A stretch of DNA of 63,894 bases, filler included, from assembly GCA_964501035.1 (NCBI GenBank). It is 3 parts of 3 records of this genome, joined end to end, with 100 filler letters (N's around TTAATTAATTAA, not from the genome) between each part and the next. Parts side by side here need not be neighbours in the genome. Positions count along the whole stretch, not along the records: positions 1 to 24,134 come from CAZCRK010000017.1; 2 more parts are not named here. One strand, written 5' to 3'. A program made the position numbers and the translations under genes. Shown here one piece after another: positions 1 to 9,300 of this stretch; positions within the stretch are counted from its first letter, which is position 1; the number at the start of each line of letters is the position of its first letter. Below the pieces are notes generated by a model that ran no database searches, had not been told where the DNA came from, and saw nothing but the letters and a program-made list of their open reading frames with translations.

Positions 1-2
1 AA

Positions 3-212
3 AAAGTTGTTTTGCGAGAAGGAATCGACAAAGAAGCAACGAAGAAGATAAATAAACTCATTAAAGCTGCCAAACTCAAAGTGCAACCACAAATTCAAGG
101 GGATCAGCTGCGTGTAACTGCCAAAAAAATTGATGATTTACAAGCAGTAATTCAATTAACAAAAGAAGCAGACCTGCCTACGCCACTTCAATTTGTAAAT
201 ATGAAAAAGTAG
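3..212 (+). CDS. yajQ: YajQ family nucleotide-binding protein, C-terminal part (5' end outside window)
   Basis: EGID..AKKI.KLIK...[24 protein letters not shown]...LQFVN is the YajQ C-terminal signature; frame open to window start. Confidence 0.93.
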   Translation, partial: KVVLREGIDKEATKKINKLIKAAKLKVQPQIQGDQLRVTAKKIDDLQAVIQLTKEADLPTPLQFVNMKK

Positions 213-263
213 ATACAATTTAAAAAGAGAAATTAGATTTTTCTCAATATGAATTGAATTAGT

Positions 264-484
264 TTACTTCTCCACCCAATATACGGATCCATCATCCTCT
301 CGTTTGAGATAATGTCTGGATTAATTCTTTACCTACTATTTTAGATAATTTCATTAATTTCTTTTTCAGAATATTTCTTCTGTGAATCAAACTTTGTTGC
401 TAATCAATTTATAAAAAACTCTTTATCCTTTGGTTTCTTTGGCAAGCGAACTATTTCATGTAACTCATTTATTAAGTTGTTCAT
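264..484 (-). pseudogene. Decayed DUF2087-family gene
   Basis: Manual translation: MNNLINELHEIVRLPKKPKDKEFFIN*LATKFDSQKKYSEKEINEII* and, after a frameshift, RHYLKREDDGSVYWVEK*; matches the DUF2087 pattern (LP.K...F....YSE.E.N ... L.R..DGS.YW) with stops and frameshifts. Confidence 0.7.
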
Positions 485-502
485 ATTCAAGTGGTCAAAC
501 AA

Positions 503-1228
503 TTATTTCTTTTTCTTTGTACTTTTACCACGCTTAGGGTTTCCTGAACGTGGGTTAGAGCGCTGATTTGTTGATCGCACACTAGTGATTCTACCTGCAT
601 TTAGGGTAATTGAAACCGAAGTCAATTTTGTAAAAAACTCTTTATTTTGAGTAGTTGCAATAATAGTAACCCCATCATAATTACATTTTCTGTAGAGTAT
701 GCGTGTAAGCGAGTTAATATCGCTTCGTCCTAAGTGTAATTCTATTTCATCAATAAATAATATTTTTGTATCAGCTGCAATATTTCCTGCAAGTACAACC
801 CACCGTAATTGACTTGGCGTTAATGCACGCATTTTATGATTAAGAATTTCTTTCAATTCCATTTTTTTAACAATATCATCAACACTTTTTTGGGGATTCT
901 CATTGTGTGTGTAATGTTTTACAGTCTTTAGTAAAAATTTAGCAACTGTACCCCAAGGTGCTTTAAATGTTTGTGGAACATACGCATACTGCTGTCTGTA
1001 TTCTTTGCCAGAATATTTTGAAATTCGTCTAGATTCATACTGAACCTCTCCTTTAAGTACTTTCTTTTGATTTGAAAGTATATCTAAAAATGTAGTTTTT
1101 CCAGATGCCATGTTTCCATTAATCATATAGCATGTACCTCTGTGAAAATCGAATTTTTTAATACTTAAAATATTTTTATCATCATTTTTCATGTGAATAT
1201 TTTTAAGAGAGTATATTGGTGTTGGCAT
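503..1228 (-). CDS. ABC-type ATP-binding protein, degenerate, no adjacent permease
   Basis: Walker A GNMASGKT, Q-loop YVPQ, Walker B ILFIDE; signature reads LTPSQ and H-switch reads TTQN; basic C-terminal tail. Confidence 0.8.
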   Translation of the reverse strand: MPTPIYSLKNIHMKNDDKNILSIKKFDFHRGTCYMINGNMASGKTTFLDILSNQKKVLKGEVQYESRRISKYSGKEYRQQYAYVPQTFKAPWGTVAKFLLKTVKHYTHNENPQKSVDDIVKKMELKEILNHKMRALTPSQLRWVVLAGNIAADTKILFIDEIELHLGRSDINSLTRILYRKCNYDGVTIIATTQNKEFFTKLTSVSITLNAGRITSVRSTNQRSNPRSGNPKRGKSTKKKK

Positions 1229-1923
1229 TATTGTTTCCTTTCATTTATAATGTGAATAAAATTTCGTATAATTTGGTTTGATGCATCTGCATTAGGAATG
1301 GTTGGGTCATCAACAACCCCACCTTTAGATTGACGAAAATCTGCTAAATCTTTCATTATTTCGTGATTGAATTCAGGATGAAATTGAGTTCCAAACATAG
1401 TATTTTGTATTTGAAACCCTTGATTTCCCTTATTGTTTCGTGCAGTTTCCACTGCTCCAGCCGGAAGTGATGTTACTACATCTTGATGGGTTTCATACAC
1501 GTGCATTGAATCTTGAAATCCAGCAAATAATGGAGATGAGTTTCCTGCTTCATTGAGGTCGATAGGGTATGAACCAATTTCCCAACCTAGTTCATTTTTT
1601 TCCACCACACCATTTAAGGCTTTTGCAATAAGTTGATGACCAAAACAAATACCAAACAAAGGTGTATTACTTTCTTTTAATTCTCTGATAAAAGATTCAA
1701 GCTTCAACATCCACGGTAACTCATCAAGTACGGATGAAGTACTTCCTGTAATAATCCAACCATCGGTATCATCTAACGCAACTTCATCGCCACTATACAT
1801 GTGGTAAATCTTGTATTCAATTGAATCATCGTTTATTCTGTTTTGTACCCATTCTGAAGAATGTCCATGTTTATCTCGGACATCTTTGAGGCCAGGTCCA
1901 CCACTAATTATTGAAATTTTCAA
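1228..1923 (-). CDS. Class I glutamine amidotransferase (GuaA-like GATase1)
   Basis: GICFGHQ nucleophile elbow and QFHPE catalytic His-Glu. Confidence 0.9.
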   Translation of the reverse strand: MKISIISGGPGLKDVRDKHGHSSEWVQNRINDDSIEYKIYHMYSGDEVALDDTDGWIITGSTSSVLDELPWMLKLESFIRELKESNTPLFGICFGHQLIAKALNGVVEKNELGWEIGSYPIDLNEAGNSSPLFAGFQDSMHVYETHQDVVTSLPAGAVETARNNKGNQGFQIQNTMFGTQFHPEFNHEIMKDLADFRQSKGGVVDDPTIPNADASNQIIRNFIHIINERKQ

Positions 1924-2432
1924 TGTTCAATTCTCCAATCATTTTTAGCTTGTGCAAAATCACAATGTTCTTGAAAAAAACATGATGCACATTTTGGATT
2001 ATGTTCGTCGCAGTATAATTCTGATACTTTGTTTAGGTTAGTATGAAGAAATTTACTGCGTTCTACAGGGATATATTTCGCCAAAGAATGGTAAATTTCA
2101 TCATTGGATTTTCCAGTTGGAACAACTCCAGTACGGCACAAAACTCTGTTTATTGAATCATCCACAGGGAAAATATCACGGTTGTAACCATAACATAAAA
2201 CATGCTTTGCACAGTCTTCATCAATGCCATCTATGTTAGTTAAATATTGATACAGTTCATCATCGGGTATATACATTTCTTGGGTGAGAAATTGGTATTG
2301 TTCACTTGTTAGGGATGGTTCTTGAAACCGTGCATTGAGAAAATCAGTTATTGATTCCTGCTCAGGTAACTCAAACCATCCTTCACTATTGAAGCATGTA
2401 ATGATGTATGATATCTTATCCTGTCGTACCAT
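1920..2432 (-). CDS. Endonuclease III-like HhH-GPD protein with 4Fe-4S motif, divergent
   Basis: HhH-like IDGIDEDCA, FPVDDSINRVL and C-x6-C-x2-C-x5-C (CDEHNPKCASCFFQEHC). Confidence 0.75.
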   Translation of the reverse strand: MVRQDKISYIITCFNSEGWFELPEQESITDFLNARFQEPSLTSEQYQFLTQEMYIPDDELYQYLTNIDGIDEDCAKHVLCYGYNRDIFPVDDSINRVLCRTGVVPTGKSNDEIYHSLAKYIPVERSKFLHTNLNKVSELYCDEHNPKCASCFFQEHCDFAQAKNDWRIEH

Positions 2433-2473
2433 ATTTTGAAGTACGAGGATATTATTTTGGATTTTATTTTATG

Positions 2474-3400
2474 TTAGTTATTTTCTATAAATCGTTCTGC
2501 ATCTAATGCTGCTGTACACCCTGACCCCGCTGCAGTAATTGCCTGCCGATATGTTGGATCTTGAATATCTCCAGCTGCAAACACACCATCTACAGATGTC
2601 TTTGATGTACCTGGAATTGTTTTAATATAACCAACATCATCAAGGTCTAATTGACCTTCAAAAAGTTCTGAATTTGGTTTATGACCAATTGCAACAAAAA
2701 CACCATCACATTTCATGGTAGAAATTTCATTGGTAACAGTATCTTTTAGCTCAACACCGGTCAATCCACCGTCTTCAATAGTACCTAACATTTCGGTTAC
2801 AACGGAATTCCATTTTATTTCAATTTTAGGGTTTTTATCAACCCTATCTCGCATAATTTTAGATCCTCTCAGCTCATCTCGGCGATGAATGAGTGTAACC
2901 TTTGAAGCAAATCGGGTGAGATAGTCTGCTTCTTCCAATGCAGAATCACCACCACCAACGACCAATACTTCTTTGTCTTTATAGAAAAAACCATCACATG
3001 TAGCACATGCAGAAACACCATAACCCATTAATTTCGATTCAGATTCTAAACCTAATAATCGAGCAGTTGCACCTGTGGAAATAATAAGCGTTTCAGCTTG
3101 GTATTCAGAATCTCCGACCCAAACTTTAAACGGTCTTTCAGATAAATCGACCTTACTCACATTAGCAAACTGTGTTTCAGCATTAAATCGTTGTGCTTGT
3201 TCTCTAAACTGGTTCATGAGTTCTGGCCCCATAATTCCTTGTGGGAAGCCAGGGAAATTCTCAACATCAGTGGTAATTGTTAATTGCCCACCCGGTTGCA
3301 TTCCTTCAAAAACCAACGGCTCAAGATTTGCTCTAGCCGTATAAATCGCAGCTGTTAAACCAGCTGGACCTGATCCAATAATAATAACCTTGCGTACCAT
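2474..3400 (-). CDS. trxB: Thioredoxin-disulfide reductase
   Basis: GSGPAG FAD motif, [12 protein letters not shown] active site, [15 protein letters not shown]. Confidence 0.98.
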   Translation of the reverse strand: MVRKVIIIGSGPAGLTAAIYTARANLEPLVFEGMQPGGQLTITTDVENFPGFPQGIMGPELMNQFREQAQRFNAETQFANVSKVDLSERPFKVWVGDSEYQAETLIISTGATARLLGLESESKLMGYGVSACATCDGFFYKDKEVLVVGGGDSALEEADYLTRFASKVTLIHRRDELRGSKIMRDRVDKNPKIEIKWNSVVTEMLGTIEDGGLTGVELKDTVTNEISTMKCDGVFVAIGHKPNSELFEGQLDLDDVGYIKTIPGTSKTSVDGVFAAGDIQDPTYRQAITAAGSGCTAALDAERFIENN

Positions 3401-3414
3401 TTAGATTCCTATAA

Positions 3415-3741
3415 CTATAAAAGTTTCTTTAAATTATCTTCAATCTGTTCTTTCGGTATTGCTCCCATAACTTGTTCTTGTACTTTTCCATCGGAAATGA
3501 ATAACAAGCTTGGAATACTGCGAATACCGAATTGGGTCGCAATCGCTGGATGATGGTCAACATTTACTTTACCCACAACTGCAGAGTCTTTATATGCTTC
3601 TGCAATAGCATCAATAGATGGAGCAATCATTCGACATGGCCCACACCATTCAGCCCAAAAATCAACGATAACAGGCTTATCTGATTGTAGCACTTCAGTT
3701 TCAAAGTTTGCTTCTGTAAATTCGCGGGTAAATTCTCCCAT
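3415..3741 (-). CDS. trxA: Thioredoxin
   Basis: [22 protein letters not shown] upstream. Confidence 0.97.
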   Translation of the reverse strand: MGEFTREFTEANFETEVLQSDKPVIVDFWAEWCGPCRMIAPSIDAIAEAYKDSAVVGKVNVDHHPAIATQFGIRSIPSLLFISDGKVQEQVMGAIPKEQIEDNLKKLL

Positions 3742-3848
3742 CCTATTACTCCTATGTTTTAATCATGGTAATAAATCCAGCAATCAAATTTATTTCAATC
3801 GCTATATGCAAATCGATAACTATTTTAATTTATGTTACGACCTATGGT

Positions 3849-3877
3849 GTAGATACGATATGGTTTGAAAGGTTACA
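3849..3877 (-). promoter_or_regulatory. Candidate ECF-sigma promoter upstream of trxA-trxB
   Basis: Minus strand TGTAACCT-N16-TCTAC, similar to TGTAACTT-N17-TCCAA upstream of the thioredoxin-ECF module. Confidence 0.35.
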
Positions 3878-3949
3878 AAATTTATCAAAAAAATCATATG
3901 TTCTGTTAATTGTTAGCAAGTTTCCGTTTAAATTATGTAAATTGTTTAA

Positions 3950-4462
3950 ATGAAAACAAAAGTTGTCATATTGTTAATTAATGTTATATCTCTACTTTAT
4001 GCCGGGAAGGTAGATAATGATTTTAGTGCTGGTTGGGATGCCAGTGTTTCCTATGGCTTGTTTAGTGAAAAAACACTTGGTTCAATGGCCGAATTTTCAA
4101 AATTGTATAACTTAAATTCAAAATCTGAATTTTACATATCAGCAGGATCAAGTTTGTTTATGTCAGGTATAGGTTTTGGATATAAACAATACCATATTAA
4201 CAAGACTACTTCTTCAATATTTATTAGTTTAGGTACTTTTTTGACTTATTTAGGTACAGTTGATGATGGAATGTCTATTTATGGATTTAGCATTTCCCCT
4301 GGCTACTCAATTTGGAGAAATAAATTAGATTCAAACTTTAACTATTATACTCCAAATTATAAAAGCAAAAAAAGTGCCATAAATATTGGATTTTCGATTT
4401 TACTCTTTGGAGATAAATCAGTTGGATTGTTTCCCTATGTTAACTATGAAGTGAGGTATTAA
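3950..4462 (+). CDS. Hypothetical exported protein, possible small outer-membrane beta-barrel
   Basis: N-terminal signal peptide, Gly/aromatic alternating strands, C-terminal YVNYEVRY. Confidence 0.55.
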   Translation: MKTKVVILLINVISLLYAGKVDNDFSAGWDASVSYGLFSEKTLGSMAEFSKLYNLNSKSEFYISAGSSLFMSGIGFGYKQYHINKTTSSIFISLGTFLTYLGTVDDGMSIYGFSISPGYSIWRNKLDSNFNYYTPNYKSKKSAINIGFSILLFGDKSVGLFPYVNYEVRY

Positions 4463-4477
4463 ACTATAGTTGACAAA

Positions 4478-5113
4478 TCAATAAATTGCATCAACAATAG
4501 GTAATATTTCTTGTAAATCTTTTTGCTTCACAGTATGGGTTGATGCATTATTGAGGATTTCATGGGCACAAAATGCAATTTTTGTATCTGCATGTTTAAA
4601 CATACTGATATCATTTGCACCATCACCAATTGCAACAGTACGTGATGGTGGTATATCCAATAATTGTTGAATTCGTTGCATCATGTCACCCTTGGAATTT
4701 GTCTCCATCATTTCTCCACCAACCTGCCCCGTTAAAATGCCATGTTTATGATGTAAGAAATTGGCAAAATCTGCATCTATCCCCAGCGAATCGCATGCGT
4801 GTTTGGTTGCGTTTCTAAAACCACCTGAAAAACAGATGGCCACAAAACCCCGTTTTTTAAGTCCGGCAACCACCTCTTTAGCACCCGGCATCATGGGGAG
4901 ATTTTGACAAATGATATTTACTCTATCTAGTTCAATTCCTTTTAACAGTGCAACCCGTTGGGTGAGTGAATTAAAGAAATCCAATTCACCTGCCATTGCA
5001 CGTTCGGTTATAGACGCAACTTTTTTTTCTATCCCAACTGCCTTCGCCAAAAAATTGATGGTTTCGCCATCCATCAATGTGGAGTCAAAATCAAAAACTG
5101 CTAATTTAGTCAT
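4478..5113 (-). CDS. serB: Phosphoserine phosphatase (HAD)
   Basis: FDFDSTL motif I, SGGF motif II, K motif III, GDGAND motif IV. Confidence 0.95.
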   Translation of the reverse strand: MTKLAVFDFDSTLMDGETINFLAKAVGIEKKVASITERAMAGELDFFNSLTQRVALLKGIELDRVNIICQNLPMMPGAKEVVAGLKKRGFVAICFSGGFRNATKHACDSLGIDADFANFLHHKHGILTGQVGGEMMETNSKGDMMQRIQQLLDIPPSRTVAIGDGANDISMFKHADTKIAFCAHEILNNASTHTVKQKDLQEILPIVDAIY

Positions 5114-5735
5114 GATCTTTCTTTTTCAAAACATCCCACAATGTAATTTCAGTTTTATTTTTCATTCGAATAAAATTGATACGATGTTTATATAACCCAA
5201 TAACAGCTAACAGGGATGTAATTAAAACAATTTCATTGGATAACCCAATATAAAATCCATACACAGGCATTAGAATATAAATAATGACGGATCCCAAGGC
5301 AACATAACCCGTTGTGAGAAGGAAAAATACAACAATCAGTCCCATGATAAAACCCAATGTAAAATGAATTGCCATAAGCATACCAATGAAAGTGGCAATG
5401 CCTTTTCCACCTTTAAATTTCATGAAAAATGGGAAGATATGACCTATGACTGCCATTGAACCAGCAAAGTATTGAAGTTCGAGAAGTTCGGGTGATTTGG
5501 AAAACAAATATTGCATAACCACTACTGCAATTGCACCTTTTAAAATATCAATAAAACCTGTGAAGATTCCCCATTTCCAGCCCAATGTAGCAACTACATT
5601 TGAAGCACCTGCATTACCCGAACCACTTTCTCGGATATCCTTTTTCATTTTATAATGACCTACAAAATAGGATGTCTGGATGCAACCACTAAAATATCCA
5701 ACAATTAAAGCAATTAATAATTCAGTAAAATCCAT
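5106..5735 (-). CDS. plsY: Glycerol-3-phosphate acyltransferase
   Basis: GSGNAGASN, DILKG, GHIFP..FKGGKGIAT, HRINFIR; ATG overlaps the upstream TGA. Confidence 0.93.
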   Translation of the reverse strand: MDFTELLIALIVGYFSGCIQTSYFVGHYKMKKDIRESGSGNAGASNVVATLGWKWGIFTGFIDILKGAIAVVVMQYLFSKSPELLELQYFAGSMAVIGHIFPFFMKFKGGKGIATFIGMLMAIHFTLGFIMGLIVVFFLLTTGYVALGSVIIYILMPVYGFYIGLSNEIVLITSLLAVIGLYKHRINFIRMKNKTEITLWDVLKKKDHD

Positions 5736-6232
5736 CAACTCTCCATTTCTTCAAAAATTCCAATTTTTTTATTTTTGCGAACATTATTCCAATCAAAAAC
5801 TTGCCCATTCATTGTAATATACACTCCTGTTGGCAATGCTTGTGCAAAAGATAGTGCGCTACCTAGATTAAAAAGCCCATCTGAACTCCCAAATTTAACG
5901 GGAATCATAGCACCTGTAAGAATAATTGTTTTATCAAGATTTTCATCTGCAATGTGAGATGCAGTTTCAACCATTGTATCGGTTCCATGGGTGATAACTA
6001 TTTTTCTTTTCTTTTCTTTTTTACATTTTTGAACAATATAGTTTCGTTCAGAATCTGACATTTCTAAACTATCAATCATCATCAAGGTTTCAATGTCAAC
6101 AGAAAGTTTACATCGACCCAATTCTAAGAGTTCATACATGTGGGTATTTTTGAAATAAAGCTGACCATTTATCTCATCATACTCTTTATCAAACGTTCCA
6201 CCTGTTGCAAATAATTTTATTTCAGAATTCAT
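5735..6232 (-). CDS. Single-domain asparaginase-family protein
   Basis: ATGGTFDK, IDSLEM, THGTDTM, LTGAMIP; lacks the C-terminal domain (165 aa). Confidence 0.9.
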   Translation of the reverse strand: MNSEIKLFATGGTFDKEYDEINGQLYFKNTHMYELLELGRCKLSVDIETLMMIDSLEMSDSERNYIVQKCKKEKKRKIVITHGTDTMVETASHIADENLDKTIILTGAMIPVKFGSSDGLFNLGSALSFAQALPTGVYITMNGQVFDWNNVRKNKKIGIFEEMES

Positions 6233-6364
6233 AATTAAAACCTAATTGTTAAGTCAAATTTACATCGATAAGTGAATAATATGTCTTTATTTTCTGTTAC
6301 AAACTGTAAAAAACTAATGTGATTTATTCAAATTGTATCCGTTTTAAATTTATCTTCTATATTT

Positions 6365-9300
6365 ATGTATATAAGGGCTAAAATGATTAAAACGATATTT
6401 TTATCATGCTTAATTGCAAGCATCACATTTGCTAAATCATCATTTGTAATGAACGAAAAAAATAGTGTTTCAACGTCACTATCACTAGAAATTGAATCTC
6501 CAAATTTCCAAAAAACTGACGGGTTTGATACAATTATTTCTGATGGCACTGGAAAAACAATGGAAGTTGGAAAACCAGAATTACCCAGTTATTCTGTACA
6601 TATTCAAACTGAGCCCGGAGTGATGTATGATATTGAGTATAGTGTTTCAGAATCACAGGTATTTGAAAATATTCATTTATATCCTACTCAATCAATGGAA
6701 TTTGAAAGTAATCCAACTAATACACTGAGTAAGGATGATGTGTTTTATACCCAAAATAAAAAATATCCACTTAAAAATATGTCAACCTCACAGGCAATCT
6801 TTCGTGGAATATCCATGCAAAGTATTGAATTTATTCCCTATGAATATGATGCAAAAAATAAAAAATTAACGGTATTTACGCAGGTTGACTTTTCTCTCAC
6901 AAAAATTGAAAACAATGAAATTCAGCCAGTTTCAAGGCCAAAATCTGAAGTGTTTGAAAATATAGCGAGTAGTTTTCTTTTAGACTATGATTCCAACCGT
7001 GATGGCGAATATCAAACCCCATCAATTTTATATATTAGTGGAAGCAATTTAGCAGACCATCCTCAAATGCAAACTTTGGTAGATTGGAGAAAACTGCAAG
7101 GGTACGAGGTGCATGTAATTTCTGTCAGTGAAATAGGGTATACAAATAGCAGTATTAAAGCATATATTCAAACTGCGTATGATACGTGGGAAAACCCACC
7201 CGAATTTGTTTGTTTTATCGGAGATGCAAATGGTTCTGTGTCTGTTCCAACATATATTGTAGGACAATCTGGTTGGTATGGTGCTCAAGGTGAGGGAGAT
7301 TTCCCATATTCATTATTAGAAGGAGATGATTTAATTCCTGAAATTATAATTGGAAGAATGTCTGTTCGGAGCTCATCTGAATTTGTTACAGTTGTGAATA
7401 AAATTATTGGCTATGAGCGAGGGTATGCTGGTGAAATGGATTGGGTTGAATCGGCTGCTTTGGTGGGTGACCCCTATGATTCGGGGATTTCAACCGTTAT
7501 TACTAATGAGTATATTGAACAGTTAATGGATAATTATGGGATAGAAGATATTCGAACAAAATATTCAGGAAGTAATTTTGATTCATGGATGCAAGATCAA
7601 ATAAATTCAGGTATCTCGTATCTAAATTATAGAGGGTTTTATGGATTTAGTGGTTTCACCAGTAATGAAGTAAATGGATTGAGTAATGGGTACAAACTTC
7701 CTTTCATAACGACACTTACCTGCGCAACAGGGTCTTTCGAAGAAGAGGCAACAAGTATTATTGAAGATTTGTTTCGTGCTGGGACATCCGTAAATCCAAA
7801 GGGTGGTGTCGCAGTTATTGGAACAGCACAACCATATACACACACCGCTTTTAATAATATTGTAGATATGGGCATTTACGAAGGAATTTTTATTCATAAT
7901 GCTCAAACAGCCGGTGAAGCATTAGTGTATGGAGAACTAGCTTTACTTGAAACATACCCACATAATCCAAACAACAATGTATATTACTTTTCAACATGGA
8001 ATAATTTAATGGGTGACCCAGCGACTCAATTATGGACGGATACCCCAAAAAATCTACATCTTTCCCATGATTCAGTACTTAATAATGGAAGTGATTATAT
8101 TCAGTTTGAAATCACTGATGATTTAGGTTTACCTGTTGGAGATGCAAAAGTAACATTGGTTAAGGGGGACAGTGAGATTTTTGATACACAAACAGCAAAT
8201 GAAAATGGAATTGTTTCATTTAATTTGAATTATACTTCTTTAGGTGATGTAAACGTTCTTGCAACGTGTCAAAACTGCATTCCTGAAGAATCATCATTTG
8301 AAATTATTTCTGATTTACCGACGTTAAGTGTTGATGAATCTTCAATGCTGATAATTGACAATGGAAATAATGATCAAATTTGGAATGCAGGAGAAGAAGT
8401 AAGTATTCAATTCGAAGTGTTGAATCAATCAATGGATGATATTGAAAATATTCTTGTTTCGGTTCAATCTAACTCTTCATTTATTAATGCGGATGCCAAT
8501 GTTGAAACCATACCATCAATTTTAGGTAATAGTTCAGTTTTAGTTCAAATAATAGCAGGCGTGTCCGATGTTGATACACCCGATATGGAAAATTCAGAAA
8601 TTGTAATTCAATTAGAGATGGATGGACTTGTTTGGAATTACTATGTACCTATTCCCATTGCAAATGGATATGTGGAGCTATCAAAACAAATTATTGCTGA
8701 TGAAAACAATAACGGATTACTCGATAGAGGAGAAACGGTTGAGTTAGATGTTTTAATGGTAAATCTAGGTTCCATTCCCTTGACAGCAATAAGTGGTGAA
8801 ATTGAATATCAAGGGGATAAGTTAGTATTTTCCGAAACACAGTTCAATTGGTCAAATTTGAATTCTGGGCAATCCACTATTGCAACAAACTCTATTCAAG
8901 TAACATCCACCAATGAAATCATAAATGGTACCGTCATTTCGATTCCGGTAAACATCTCTACTTCTGAGGGATATTCAACCACTTCATTTTTTCAATTAGA
9001 AGTTGGTGAGGTCTCTGTCAATGACCCTCTTGGACCTGATAATTATGGTTACTATATTTATGATTCTGAAGATAATTTATATGAACAAGCACCAGAATAT
9101 AATTGGATTGAAATAGAACCAAGTTTAGGAGGAAATGGAGTAGAACTTGATATTAGTGATAATGGAAACAATCAAGATGAATCAACGACTGTGGATTTAC
9201 CGTTCACATTTACCTTTTATGGGGTAGATTATCATGAAATAACAGTGTGCTCAAATGGGTGGATTTCATTTGGTGAAACACCTATGGAATCATTTAGAAA

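Noticed and set aside
404..406. In-frame TGA in the DUF2087 remnant as a second Sec codon
   Set aside because: Not in a Cys/redox context, no hairpin seen after it, and further stops and a frameshift follow.
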